Source of the DNA: Lingula anatina
Lineage: Eukaryota; Animalia; Brachiopoda
Length of the DNA: 64,000 bases
Direction of reading: 5' to 3'
NCBI GenBank assembly: GCA_051362555.1
Contig: CM120646.1
Span: forward strand, 13,330,001 to 13,394,000
Positions within the stretch are counted from its first letter, which is position 1, and each line of letters begins with the position of its first letter. The notes below the pieces were generated by a model that worked only from the letters and a program-made list of their open reading frames with translations, searched no databases and was not told the DNA's origin. This document shows positions 1-13,528 of the stretch, in pieces. Made by a program: the position numbers and the translations under genes.

Positions 1-3000
1 GTTGATTTCGTGTTGTATATCGGATCTCCTGCAGAAGTTTAACAGATAACTTTAACTTTATAATTTAATATAACGTAAAACTAGTTCAGATCGAGGAATT
101 GTAGATATGATTAAAAGCAATTAATTGGATCTTATATATCTTATATACATTTTTATGCAAATTATGAACGACGATGGACAAAGGTGTTCAAACATATGTA
201 CATGAAGGAGGCTTTCTAGTGTCGTTACGCCATTTTGTTGCTAAACAATATCTTTTGACAAATCACACCTTTTCGAAACTGGCAAATAATACTTCTCCTT
301 GCGTAGCAGTTCGAATCGTACCACCTGCCGCTTGACCTGTCAAGTTCTACGCAACTCTCTTGTCCATTGTGGTCATTGGGTTCTCCAGCAGCCCAATACA
401 CAAAGTCCACTGCTGTCCTGTCCACCCAGGTATAGCCACTGTCCTTGCTTGGTCTGGAGAGTCCAATCCAATACGGATCCCGCCTATCATTGTACACGAA
501 GAAGGGGCAAGTAAATATGAGGTGTTTTTATTGTATTATATCAATATAATTGCTTGTAAATTAAACAGGTGTCATGACTTAAAGAAGCCGTTTTTTACAC
601 GGTTTTCATTTATGTCCCATTGCTTGGTTAATTGAAGCGAATTAGTTAGACAACTCTGGAACTCTTCCCGCTGCTGCTGAATCCCCTTCATATTTCGGAA
701 CTAGAAAACCTGACACAGTCAATCATACACAAACGTGTGACCATTTGGCAAATGTCATGAGCAAAGAGGTAAATTAAACCTATATTTTAGTAATCGTTGA
801 AAAAACACCCATAGCATTAACGACAATCTACGCTTCGAAACTTAAACAGCGATACCTATCAAACAAAATGCATTTAATATTATTGACATAAGAAAGTATT
901 GAATGACTAGTTGGACATGTTAGGCAACAGCATTATGCTATTATGATAGCACGAGACTTAATACACCGGCTGTTATTTTTTTTTGGATAAAGTATAAAAT
1001 ATGCAGCAAAAGAAATAAACATTTCTACGCTGTTTAATTGGATAATCTTATCTAAGCTAATGGAGTTAATGTCCAAGCAAACACACGCACAGAAAAACAA
1101 ATAATTTCAAGAAGGGTGTGAGAAACACAGCCACAATTTGGTCAATTAGAGGACGTAGGGCTTACCGACCGGCTTGGGTCCTGATTGCCCCTTTCAACTG
1201 TGCCTCACTGTGGAAGCTTGCCAGCTCTCCTCCCAGCATCTTGCAGTGGTCAATTGCCTCGAACCACGTGCGCTTTCTGAAACCATGAAGATACTCCATC
1301 TAGAATGAAAAAAGAGAATGGCATCCGAGACACTGTTCAACTTTCTGTCCTTCAAAACAGAATCTCTATCAGGTTTCTAGCTTAAGTCTCCATAGTGAGT
1401 AAAGATCTGCAAATGTTGTATTAACAATGAAGTGCTAGTGTTGTGCACGCAACTACGTAAGTTAGGATGACACTTTACTATCAACCTTACAGAAATACAA
1501 CCTTAAAGCGAAGGCGTCGTACAATGTTTCTCTATCGTCAGTCAATTTGATTCACGGCACAACCGCCAAAATTCAAACCAACATATTTAACTTAACTAAA
1601 CAGATGATGATGATATTTGGCAATTGGCAAATACCTTGTAACAGAAATCACCATACTCCGAGAAGGAATATTGGTTTGGACACTTGGCTGGAGGCGGCGT
1701 AGTAGGCGCCGGCGTCGTGGTGGCATAGTCGCCCCTGCTATACTCGCAGATAAAAGGAATGGTCTCGGAGCATGCTCGGCCAGACCATTCCCCTGTGTTG
1801 CGAGGACTTTTGGTAATTGCCACGCACCTGTCTATGTCATTGCCTGGTGAGAGGACATGGGTGACACGATGTCATTAACAACCCACGTAGTTTAATATGT
1901 AGGAGACGTACATTGAATGAACTTATTTGTAGTCTTTAAATACAGAGTAAAAACTACATATAAACTTGCATGTGCATGTATGAACGTATACATTAACGTA
2001 CACTGTATGGCAAACATCATATATATATACACGGACATGAGCTAAAATACCTGTATGCTTTTTGTCCCAATTTGTGAATAACACACGGGTATCCGAATCC
2101 CACACGTAGATCCCATCATTTACATTACTTAGGCCTATCCAGTATTCGCTATTAGCAACCATACTGCTAAGCTTGGCAGATATGTAAGCCTGCTCCACCC
2201 TAGGAGAAAACGTTAATTATGACTTCTAATGCATCATTTTTCATTACCAACATTAAAAACCAATTGCCAAATGGTGACAAACAAGCATGAAAACAACTGA
2301 TAAATAATCCAGTCTGGTAAGATAACAAGTCAATATTGGTCTTAACCGTAAACAATATTTAGAGGGATATTACATAATACGAGCTCTATTGTGCGTTCTC
2401 TGAACACTTTTAAATGTTAGCTCTTGGGCTGCATGGAAAGTAAAATCAAGGACGCACAATATTTGTATCATATTTGTATCATGGAAGCTAGAGATACTAG
2501 TAGACAAACCGCATCAAATATCAGTACCACCGCCTACTCACTGGTCGTTGATCGTCAGGAGTGTTCCACCGGTGCTGTTGCAGGTGTGCCGGGCATCAGA
2601 CCAACTCGCACCTTTCTCAGAGACGATATAGCAAGAGCCTCTGTTGGCTCCAGTAAGGTTCTGGCGGTGAAAGAAGTGAAAAATAGTGTACGCTTCAACA
2701 TAACCCTCTTTACTCATGCGTAAGTGCTATACACTAGAGTGTGGCGGTGCCTTAACAATTCTAAAAACAATAGTTTGACTCTAAATCAGATCGTGAAGCC
2801 TGCTCCCACGCGGGCGCCGCATGGATCGGAACATGCTGGCAGTACACTGGTACACGCACATCGCGTGGCAAATGTAACCTAGCCTTAAATTTTGGATATT
2901 TGCTAAACTTTATCTGTGCGTGCAGATTTCCAAAGCTCCAGATTTACAAAGTACACAATGCATATATGCGCCTGTAGCTGCTATAATACTGATTAGTTAA

Positions 3001-5664
3001 ATGGCAAATTATGACTATCAATTCAAGACATTTTTTAGTGTACGTCACTGCGTGTAAGCATATTGCTTGGTTGAATACGACGTCGTTAGGCAAAGGCTGA
3101 AAGGAATCAAGGCAAATCACTTCCACCTAGGCGGTCCGAACCAGTTCCCAAAATGCTGTTAGACCAAACCAGTTAAACATATCGGCGTTAATTCCGGACG
3201 AGGCTTCCACGCTTGCATACGTACTTACAGCTGCTGACTTCTGTATTTTAATACAGAAAAAATAAAACATAAAAAAATTGAAATTAAAAACAAATTAAAA
3301 ATTTACCTCATCATATTCTGATTTGTGTACTCCCAGGGCACCTGTCTTGTGTATACGGAGAAACAACTCAGAGCACCCCCTTTGCCAAACAGGAGGCACT
3401 TTGTCCATTGACGTAATTATAGTAGCCGGCTTCTTACAGATATAAGGCAGTAATTGAGCACAATCAGCATCTTGCCATTTCCCTGTCTAGAAACAAGAAA
3501 AGATCAGTGATACATATATTTTCGTAAGCACATGTACTATAATTAATTGTGTAGTCAAATAAAGGACGTTACAAAGTGCATTCACGGCAAAATATCGATC
3601 ACCGTGATAAAGGTGACGTGTACTTCATACTCAACAAATTTAAGAAATAAAATAAAATGTTAAAATAAGTAGGCCTAAATGAAAGAGCAATAAAATAAAT
3701 AAATAAATAAACAGACAAAAAATAAAGGGAACCTGCTTATCCTATCAAATATTTGAGATAAATGCTCATACAGAATCAATAAGCACCGTGTGTTGAAGCC
3801 CTATGAGTCATTTGGTTTAAAGTCAACAAAATGGTGCCGATGTGTTGATAGTCACTTACGTTAGTCCCTGTTGTATACAGACTGACGCACAGTTCCTTCC
3901 CTAGATGGTTGTTCGGTTCACGTGACTGCCAGCGGGTGAAGGTCACGGTACTGTCGTCTGTCCACTCAAATTGGTTGACTATCCGGCGGTCGTTCAGGCC
4001 TGTCCAGACCTCCACAGGGTTGACTGCATGATACAAATAAAGAAAGAAAGAAAGAAAGAAAGAAAATGAATAAGGAAAAACTGCTTTATCAACTATTTGG
4101 ATTTTTTTCTCCAACTGAGCGCAAAACTGTGCCCATATTATTTTATATCGAATCAGGTATTTTTGAAAGACTGTTTATTATATAAAAGGCGTATTATTAT
4201 TCTTAATCATACATCTCTGTATTACTTATTACAGTCCATATATTACATACCATGTGCCCCACCAGCAAAGCCAGATACAAAATTGTTCTCATCCTCATTC
4301 AAAATTGATACCAGATCCCCGCCCTGTCGTCTGCAAGTGTTCTTTGCAGAAGTCCACGTTCTCTGATCTTCAAATGTTTTATAACAATGCCGACCAAAGC
4401 GGGCCCAATCTCCACTACATGATGGGTAACCTCATGATGTAAAGAGAATATGACATTTTCCATATATATAAAAATGACTGGATTTTAAGGGTTCTTATCT
4501 ATTTACAGTATATCTTAACATTATTATAACCCTATTTGTTGGAATTGATGGCGTGGCTGGTTTGATGGGTTAAAGTTTCTCACGTTACGTTTTAGATAAC
4601 TATGTTTGATATATTTGCTTCAACACGCTGCCAAGCATAGTTTGTTAGGCAGTGTCAAGTACATTCAAATTCACGTGAGGAAAAAAGTAGGTTATGCATC
4701 TTTTAGTGTTGCCATTTATTCTGTATAACTTCTTATTATGATTTACATACGTTTCTTGCGTGTTACCTGGAGTCGTTGGGGTTGTTGTTGTATTCACGGG
4801 AATAGGCGTAGCTTTGGAAACGTTCCCTAAAACAGGTGGTGATAAAATTGGAAAGATTTCAAGAAATGCAATAATAAAGATATGATAAAGTATACAGTAA
4901 TTATTAGATTCTGTGGTAGCTATAGTTAAAATGTTCGGTTAAATAAGGACGTGCATCGTATACAAAATGGACATTTTTATTCAATTTTTGATTAAAAATA
5001 AAAAACGGTTAAAACCTGCAAGCATGATTAGGAGATAAAGTTGACCACCTTGATCAATCTACCGAACTCACAAGCAGTCACAGCATTCAGGGAAGACGAG
5101 ACCATAAAATGTGAAATATAAATTTTCTTATCACGAACCTTTCTTCTTGCACACGTATCCACGCCTGTTCTGACATTCTTCCTTCAACCAAGATCCACTT
5201 AACGCATCCATTTCCATACACCTTGCATTTGATCGAGATTCTATCATATCTGAGAAGATAAACTAAGATTGTTATTTTGGCAATTAATTGAGCAATATCT
5301 CCTATCAATTAGTTATTCTTTTTTAAATGGCCCTCACGTCATTGTAGATGTTACACTATGATTGATGGAATTAGACAAACGGTTAAAAGAATTGTATCGT
5401 ATATGTTTCGATAACCTTTTATTTTTGACATTAAGAAAAATCAACTTCAAATATAATTCATTTTACGAGATCATAGTCCCACATTATGTTAACTACATAA
5501 TTAACGGGTTTTCTACAGCGCGATAGGAATTGTCCTGGCAAGAGAGAGAGGGAGATAGAGAGAGAGAGGAGAGAGGGGAGAGAGAGAGAGAGAGAGAGGG
5601 GGTGGCAGACACTGGGACAGATATATGTACCCACGGACTGACGATCGGACAGGTGGTAAGGTAA

Positions 5665-5695
<31 letters not shown>

Positions 5696-8600
5696 TAGTT
5701 AAATTCTGACCTGCACCCCAGTTGAGAAAGGCAAATGGATTTCCGTCACTCCAAATCCAACCGTCCTCCTCTCCCAGAGCGCTGGCACCAAGCCAGAAAT
5801 ACCTCATGTCTGGGATGGTGTGTGCACGGCCTAGGACGAAGTTTTACTTGCATGTAGGTGATATTACAGAGTGATTGATCAATATAGTTTTATTTAAAAT
5901 GTATAAGAACAGAGAACGATAAATGAGTCATAGACAATGCAGCAAACCAACAACTATTTATCTTAATGTGTCCTAATAAAGTGCTGGATCTGCTCTTGGC
6001 GCATTTATTGTTTTACAGCTTGTTAGATAACTGTACAAATTGAATTAAATCTATGAAAATACGTCCGTCGTTGAATCTTTTATAATTATTTTTTATCAAA
6101 CACACTTATGTACATTTTAAGATCAAAATAACGACTTTTTGATACAATGCTACATATTCAAAGACTAGATACACTTATTGCCCGTCAAATCTACGTACCG
6201 GCTATATATTGTTGCTCCTCCAGGCTGGGGACACTGGCCAGTTCTCCACCATTATGTTGACACTGTAGCAGGGCCTCGGACCAAGACAACGTGTTTGTGT
6301 TAAATTGGTAACAAAAGTCACTGAGGGGATCGTCTTCCCAAAATAAGCCGCACTTGACAGAGGCTAAAGCTGGAATTATTTGGTTATTCGGGAAAAAAAG
6401 AGCATGGCTATTAGTCACAGACAAAGGGATATTTGTCATTTGAAAATTATCCTGCGTGGTATGATGCAAATAGTTGGATTCAGATTAAAATTTGGTGTGA
6501 ACAGAAATTCCTACGCTTGTACAAATTATTTTTCAAGCAAATAGTATATTCGATTCAGAAAAACGCTGAATGTTATAAGAAGATCCTTTTAATAAACTAG
6601 AAATCCTGAATAAAAGATTCAAATATGTCTTACGAATAAGAGATGTGCCTCCTGGAGTTGTTGCAGGCCCTGAAAAAAAACATCAAAACACGTTTTTTGA
6701 GAATTTTCTGAAACAGTATTTCTTTTTTAAACATTTCCATTAATTGAGAGCATTTTAAACAGTTAGAAATAATGTTGAGTCAAATTTGATATAACCTTGA
6801 AAAGATATAACTTGCCTACTGTGTTCAACTAAAATTATGAAAATTAATATAAAACCCTCACAGAAGAAATTGCAGAGTGTAACTACGATACCTCACCTGT
6901 CATCTTCTCACATATGTATGCCCTCTCTTGACTGCACTCCACGTTGGACCACAAACCCTTGGCATCACCGGTCAGTACAACGGCGCAGTGCTTGCCAAAT
7001 GTTTCACCGGAATGCTCTGGTTTTCCTGGGGCCCAGTTAGTGTACATTGCCTGAAACATACGGAACAGGCTTTAACTGTTTGTGGTAGTTGTGGTGTAAA
7101 AGAAACCTGGGGAGATGTTAAGGGATTCATTCGGTTTGTTGTCGTTACACAGGTTTAATGGGGCACCACCTTATGTTACACTTACGTTAGGTGTGATCTG
7201 AAATAAATGCAGGTAATTGAGGCAAACTTAGTACATACATGGCGAACGTAGTACATACATAGGCTGTATAGTTATATTTACAAACATTTGGAGAAAAATG
7301 AAAAAACAATGATGTGCAAATTATAGGGCTTTACCTAAAACGTTTCTTAACATATAAAAAATCAACAAAAGCGAACAGAAGTAGGTGGCATTTGCACATT
7401 AAATGTAGGATAACAATTACATATAATACTTCAAAGTCTCGTGTACTCAAAATGGATTAATTTTTTACTAGTTGTACAATATCAATATAGTAGATGAAAA
7501 ATACAATTAAAAAATTGAAAGTTAGGAAAGGGGCACACAAATTCTGAGTAATCAATTTTTAGTGACGTAAATTTCCAACATCAGCTTTTGACTGCCGTGT
7601 TGTGCTGATAACTCATGGCCTGTGTTTTTTAAATCAACATTGCACAAATACCATGTGTGAGATAATACACTGTCACCCGAGCGATATATGCCATAACACC
7701 TCGAGCGTCAGCGAGAGGTGTTCATGGCATATATCGCGAGAGGGTGACAGTGTATTATTTGACATACCTACCGAGAACAAACATAGTCATTTCATCCTAA
7801 AACACCCCTTAAATCGAATAAAGTGACCCTATATCACGCTCTAGAGATGTTATACGGAATAAACTCGTCCACGTGCGCTGGTCACCTCCCGCCAAATTCT
7901 TACGTAATGTTTGACCAATTTGGTCAATTTTTGCTAAATACTTGTCGTGGACGTTCAACTGGCTTGAAAAGTATTTAATCAACCGTCGACACTGACCATG
8001 CGCGTCTCAGCTGAGCCACACCTAGCTGGGACTGCTGAGGAAAAAAGGTCCCAAGGCAAAACCTCTACCTTTGAGTGACATTTCTGATAAACAAGGAGCG
8101 TCGGACCGGAATATAATTTTTCACAAGTGCAAAGGAGAAAGAGATTTACTTTTTGGTGATATTTCTGGCAACGAGGCAGTTTCGGAATATGGTCAAAATC
8201 AGACGGATGTTTGTTACAAGTTCACGGGAATAATAATTCTAGTTTTGGTGACATTTCTTACTACGAGGCGGTTCGGAATATACATGTGCTGGTTTTCAGA
8301 GCATTTATGTGCTACATGTAATTACAAGTTCAAAGGGGAATATATTTGATTTTTACCGATATATCTGATAAAGAAGAAGAATGAACAGCTTAAAAACAAA
8401 AGGTAAATAGCACAATCCTCGTTAAAAAGTTATAGATTTATAAATAATTTGTACATGTATGCACGTGTGGCTTATATATAAACGAATTTCCGTTTTCAAA
8501 CCATACCCATATGATATGACTTAGTGTAATAAAATTATAAATAATAATTGTTAAACGTTAAAAGTTTATGCTAATTTTTTAAGAGTGTGAGAGATTTTAA

Positions 8601-11600
8601 ATTTGTCTAATGGTAGGTGTATAACGCAAACAACGTCACTATTCTCTTGATGCCAAGATGGTCACATGATCACTCTGTCTTTGGCTTTCAGCATTTAAGA
8701 GACCTCGACTGATTTAACCAAGATGTAGTCGTGAAATTCTAGACTACATCGAGGTTAAATCCGAGTTTTCCGAGAGATGCTACGCAGAAATGTCGAGTGA
8801 AGCGAGATATTTTTGGGTAGCGGCTCGAGGTTGCCCTCGATCTTCACTGCAGCTTGGCTAAATGGACAGGCTTCAGTGATCATCATATCGCCACGGTCAT
8901 ATAACATCCCTAGGTATGTATTTTCATAGTAATGAACACGTGCTTGTTGACGACTTACCGACTCCTGGTCTTGCCATACCCAATGGTCCTGGATCCCACG
9001 GTCATTGAGGCCAAGCCAAGAAGACTCCGTAAGTTTTTCTAAAAAAAAATTGGACGTTTTTTTGTCACATATAGTGTAGCGTGAAAATAGTTTACAAATA
9101 ATGGATAATTAATATGCCTTGAATTTGTTTTCATGGAAATCGCCTGTTGTTTAAATTTTCAGCAGTATCTATACACGAATGTTGTCATATAAAAAGAGAA
9201 AAAAAATGGGGTAGGCAGGACATATATAAGCGTAATACCTTGAAGGTTTTATGGTTTTCCTATTTTATGCTTGTCAGTATCACTTATTGTTGTGTTGCTT
9301 TTAGAAACAGTAGAAACATTTCAACAGGTTACTTCTCTATCAAAACTGTATGTAAACACCAGACGTTGATTAAACGGGTATCTGCACATCGGTGAGTAGG
9401 TAATGCACATACGGAGAGTGTGTGTGTGTGTGAGTGTGTGTGTTTGTTCATGCGTGTGTGTGTGTGTGTGTGTCCGCATAAATACTCACTTTGAATAAAG
9501 GCCATCTCCCTTGCATTATCAATTTTCACAAGATGTGCTCCCATCTTAAGACACGCGTCTCGTGCACTCAGCCAGGAAGACGAAGCAGTGTTTGCATAGT
9601 AGTAACAAGAAAAGCCGTGTCCTTCCCAGCCGGAATCGCACGTACCGTTGGCTTCATTCAGAAATAACATTTTGACAGTATCAACATAGATTTTTCACTG
9701 TTACGATACCTTTGAAAAAGTTGACTATTGGCTTTTTAAACAAGTGAGATTTCAATTAGTGCGAATGACAGTTTTCGAAAATTTAATGAACTTACCTGGG
9801 AGAACCGTTGGTGGAAAGACAATTTTGTCATCTGAAACCTGGCATATAAATTGCTGTTCGTGCAGACAGTGCTCGCTGGTGGTCCACTTTCTATCATCTA
9901 TACAAAACACACCAACACGTTTAAATCGTTGAAACGTACATCAATATTACAGACTTTTGAACAGTAAATACACCGCTTACTTTATGCGAATGAATTACTT
10001 TAAAGTCAAGACCATATCAAGTATTCAGCTCTCCAGATTAGCAGTCTTAATTAGTTTTGAAAAAGCCATAAAAAGCTTAAGATTTATGGTGTTGCTGATG
10101 AAACCTTTATTACCTGCCCGCATCTGTACACACAGAGAGTAAGAGCTCCTCTTTGGTTGTGCCGGTTCCCAGTTAGAGTACGCTTCCGTTATATTCGTCC
10201 CATCAGTCCAGTGCAATTCTTTGGGATTAAGATCAATATCTGAAACGTTGAATTACGGCGTAGTTGCTGATATTATATTTGCGAAATATAGAAACCAGAA
10301 GCATAGAATTTGATATGTCTCGCAAATGTTAACATGTAGTTTTCCAATTAAAGCTGCTTGAAAGTTAGCTGCTGAGTAAAAAATATAAAACCAATATAAA
10401 TATTTTATTATTAATTGTGCAGGTTGGAGATAATGCATTTAGTATTAGGTGGAAATTTTAGTTTTGTTGAATTTTGTCTTCGATTCAACCCTTTACTCGA
10501 AGTTTGTGACACCTGTTCATATGTATGTAGTGCAGATTCATAATATACACTCCGCCCATTGTATACTTCGGGTATTTTACAAAATGAGTACAGGTAACGG
10601 TTGCTGAATGCTCGACGGGATTTCTTTAATTCTCAACTCGGTCCTTATTTATAATAGGAACAACTTTATATGTACTATGTGGTTTAGAGAAGAAGATTCT
10701 TTAAAATGTGGTTGACCTGGCCCACATAAAACTAGAGGGAAATTGTAGCCTGTACGTTCTCAAAGCACTACGTAATATGTCGCCAGTTTGATTAGGATGT
10801 ATGGCAGCATGGGTTTAAATAAGTTGTCACACTGGGCAAACGGCCTTTAAAAATGTTTTCAACACAACACACAAACAGTACCGCCATGCATAAACACTTG
10901 CTTCGTCATTTCTGGTAAATTCATACCACCATTACTTACCCGAGCCCCCAAGCCAAATCTCCGTCTGGAATCCCATATCCCGAACTTTATCTTCGATGAA
11001 GTTCTGCGTTTTTTTACTATAACAAAAGCGACTACATGTAAAATTACAGTAATTTTAATAGGTGACATCAGTTTTAAAGCAGCTCATTGACAAAAAATAA
11101 AAAATAATAATATTAATAAATGAAGAATGGATTAGAGTCAGTCAACGAAAAGTGAGACACCTTTATACTGTACCGTAATGTTAGCCAGTGTTTTCCAGAA
11201 AAGCATTACACTATGTCCCATGACCACTTAAGCAGAATATAACTTGGTCTGGCCACATTCGATTCTACATTTGTTTACTCAGTTTTGCTCTAATAATAAC
11301 TGATAACTTAATACACTATAACCATTGATATATTATTCTGAACTGAAGTTTGGACATTTTATAAAAATGCTTGAAAGAAGGGACAACTATTACAAGCTTA
11401 CAACACATGAAAACAGTGTAGATGTACAGTACAGCCTATGGCACCCATCTAGAGTCCGAAGAAAAGAGAAGTAGCCAATGATGGACTGGGAGAAGGAAAT
11501 GGCTAACATGTTATACCCCCCCCCCCCCTTGGTTCTTCATGTACCAAGGCAAAAGTTTTCAACTTCCTTACCTCTGTATAGTAACCATTTCTGCTCCCTG

Positions 11601-13497
11601 CGATCTACAATAGGTGGCAGCATCATACCAGGATAGCTGGAGGTTGGCATTAAATTGGTAGCACGTGCCGTTATGAGCAACCCAGCCCGTTGCACATGTT
11701 CCTTAAGGAAGAACAGTCAAGTATAATCCGGGAAAACAGACGTACACATATGTCTTTAACATTTACAGTTTTGGTCGTCAAAAGCATGAACAATGAATAA
11801 GGATATAATATTACATAAATTAATAAATGAAATGATATTAGAAAGAAAAAATGGCAAACAATTAGACAGGTTGAATAGATCAAGTAAAATGTATTAAAAT
11901 AAGGAAAAGGGGAGTATTGTTGGATGAGATTATTTGCCTCAAAGTTTTTTATGAGATGCATACAAGAAATTAAAGTTTATTCTGAAGCAAGGTGGTAAAA
12001 TAAAACAGTATCATATGACCTGCTGTACACGCTTTCTCATTACGACAAAAATAAAAGCAACAATTTCGTTAACATTGTAAAACATCCTGTTAACATAACT
12101 ATTCCACTGCTGCATCATTCACCTTCACGTTTTTTACAAATATATGATCTTTCTGTAGTGCACAGGTTTGCAACCCACGATTGCTCGGCCTCTTCCGCTG
12201 TTGGAACCACCTCTGCACACATGCCTTCTCTTGTATCTCTGTAATAAGAGTGATGCGAATTTTTGTATTCCATACATCGTAAATATGACTTCTCAAACTA
12301 AGAAATACGATGTTCAAACAAGTTGTTCGCACAACATTAAGGCTTTTTGGGAGCTAAATCATGATGCAAGGTGTCGTCTTGTAAGGTTTTGTTAATTGAA
12401 ATCAAATGCAATTAATGAGTCCCATGTTTAGCTTTACGAAGTCCCGTCAGCATGAATTACAATGGGTGTAAAATTTGCCCATAGAGATTGCAAAGTATTA
12501 GGTATCTCAATCTCTCCATACATTAAGAGAATACAAACCCCATAGCTTGTGGTCTACGTCCATCTGACCAAAACTCCGAGTCGGACTGATTACTGTGAAC
12601 TACTGGATCCAATCCAACACCGTTTTTCTTCCACTGCATGTCAGTCTATAAGAGCAAAAATTGTATGTACGAAATAATGAAGTACGTTTAAAAATTAGAA
12701 ATGGATTATCAACTACATGAAAATGATAGATTGTAGGATATATCTTACCCTATAAAGTCTCACTGCTGTTGGTATTGTCGAAAAGGTGTAGGCGAGCAAA
12801 TTGCCATTACATGATCAGAAGTACTTACAGAATTAATGTCCAAAGAATAACCAATCCAAACGGGCTTATTTCTGAAGCGGGAAACATCGTAGATATACTG
12901 CTGCTGTACAGCGTTATCCACCGTGGCTAATTCTGCACCGTAATTGCCGCAATCGGCTCTAGAGTTAGGATAAAAAATAGAATTCAATGAAAAAAGAACC
13001 AAATTGTTATTGCAGAGTTCGGGGAACAGATCATAGAAAAACATTGTGTGTGCGTGCGTGTGTGTGTGTGTGTGTGTGTCACAGGCCAGATTACTCACTG
13101 GCCTAGACCACATCCCAATTGGGTCTTTGCATTGTTAATGAGCATGAGCATAATGAGCATGTTAATTGGCCAATTTATTTACAGGCGAGCTGCCAGTTTG
13201 TGTGTTTGGCATGTGTTATTTAATAGGGGATGTCATAGATCAAGGCACATATTATGATACTTACAGGTGTGGCAAATAAAATAAAGTTGTATTCATAATT
13301 CACCATGAAGTTTGCAAAAAACGTCCGAGGACGATACTTTTAGAGATAATTGCATAAATGTTTAAAGAAAAGGCATGTAGATTGATTTAGTAACATTAAG
13401 TAAGGGAATGTTAAATTAAAGGCGAACCGAGTGCTGTTGTAGTGTCAAGGGCAAGAAAAAAATATATCCAACTCTTCATGGGTTGAAGATTATTGAA

Positions 13498-13528
<31 letters not shown>

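Noticed and set aside
13099-13124. Cryptic lectin exon with a GTGAGT donor
   Set aside because: It is 26 nt long with a poor acceptor and an in-frame TAG. The flanking exons already join in phase.
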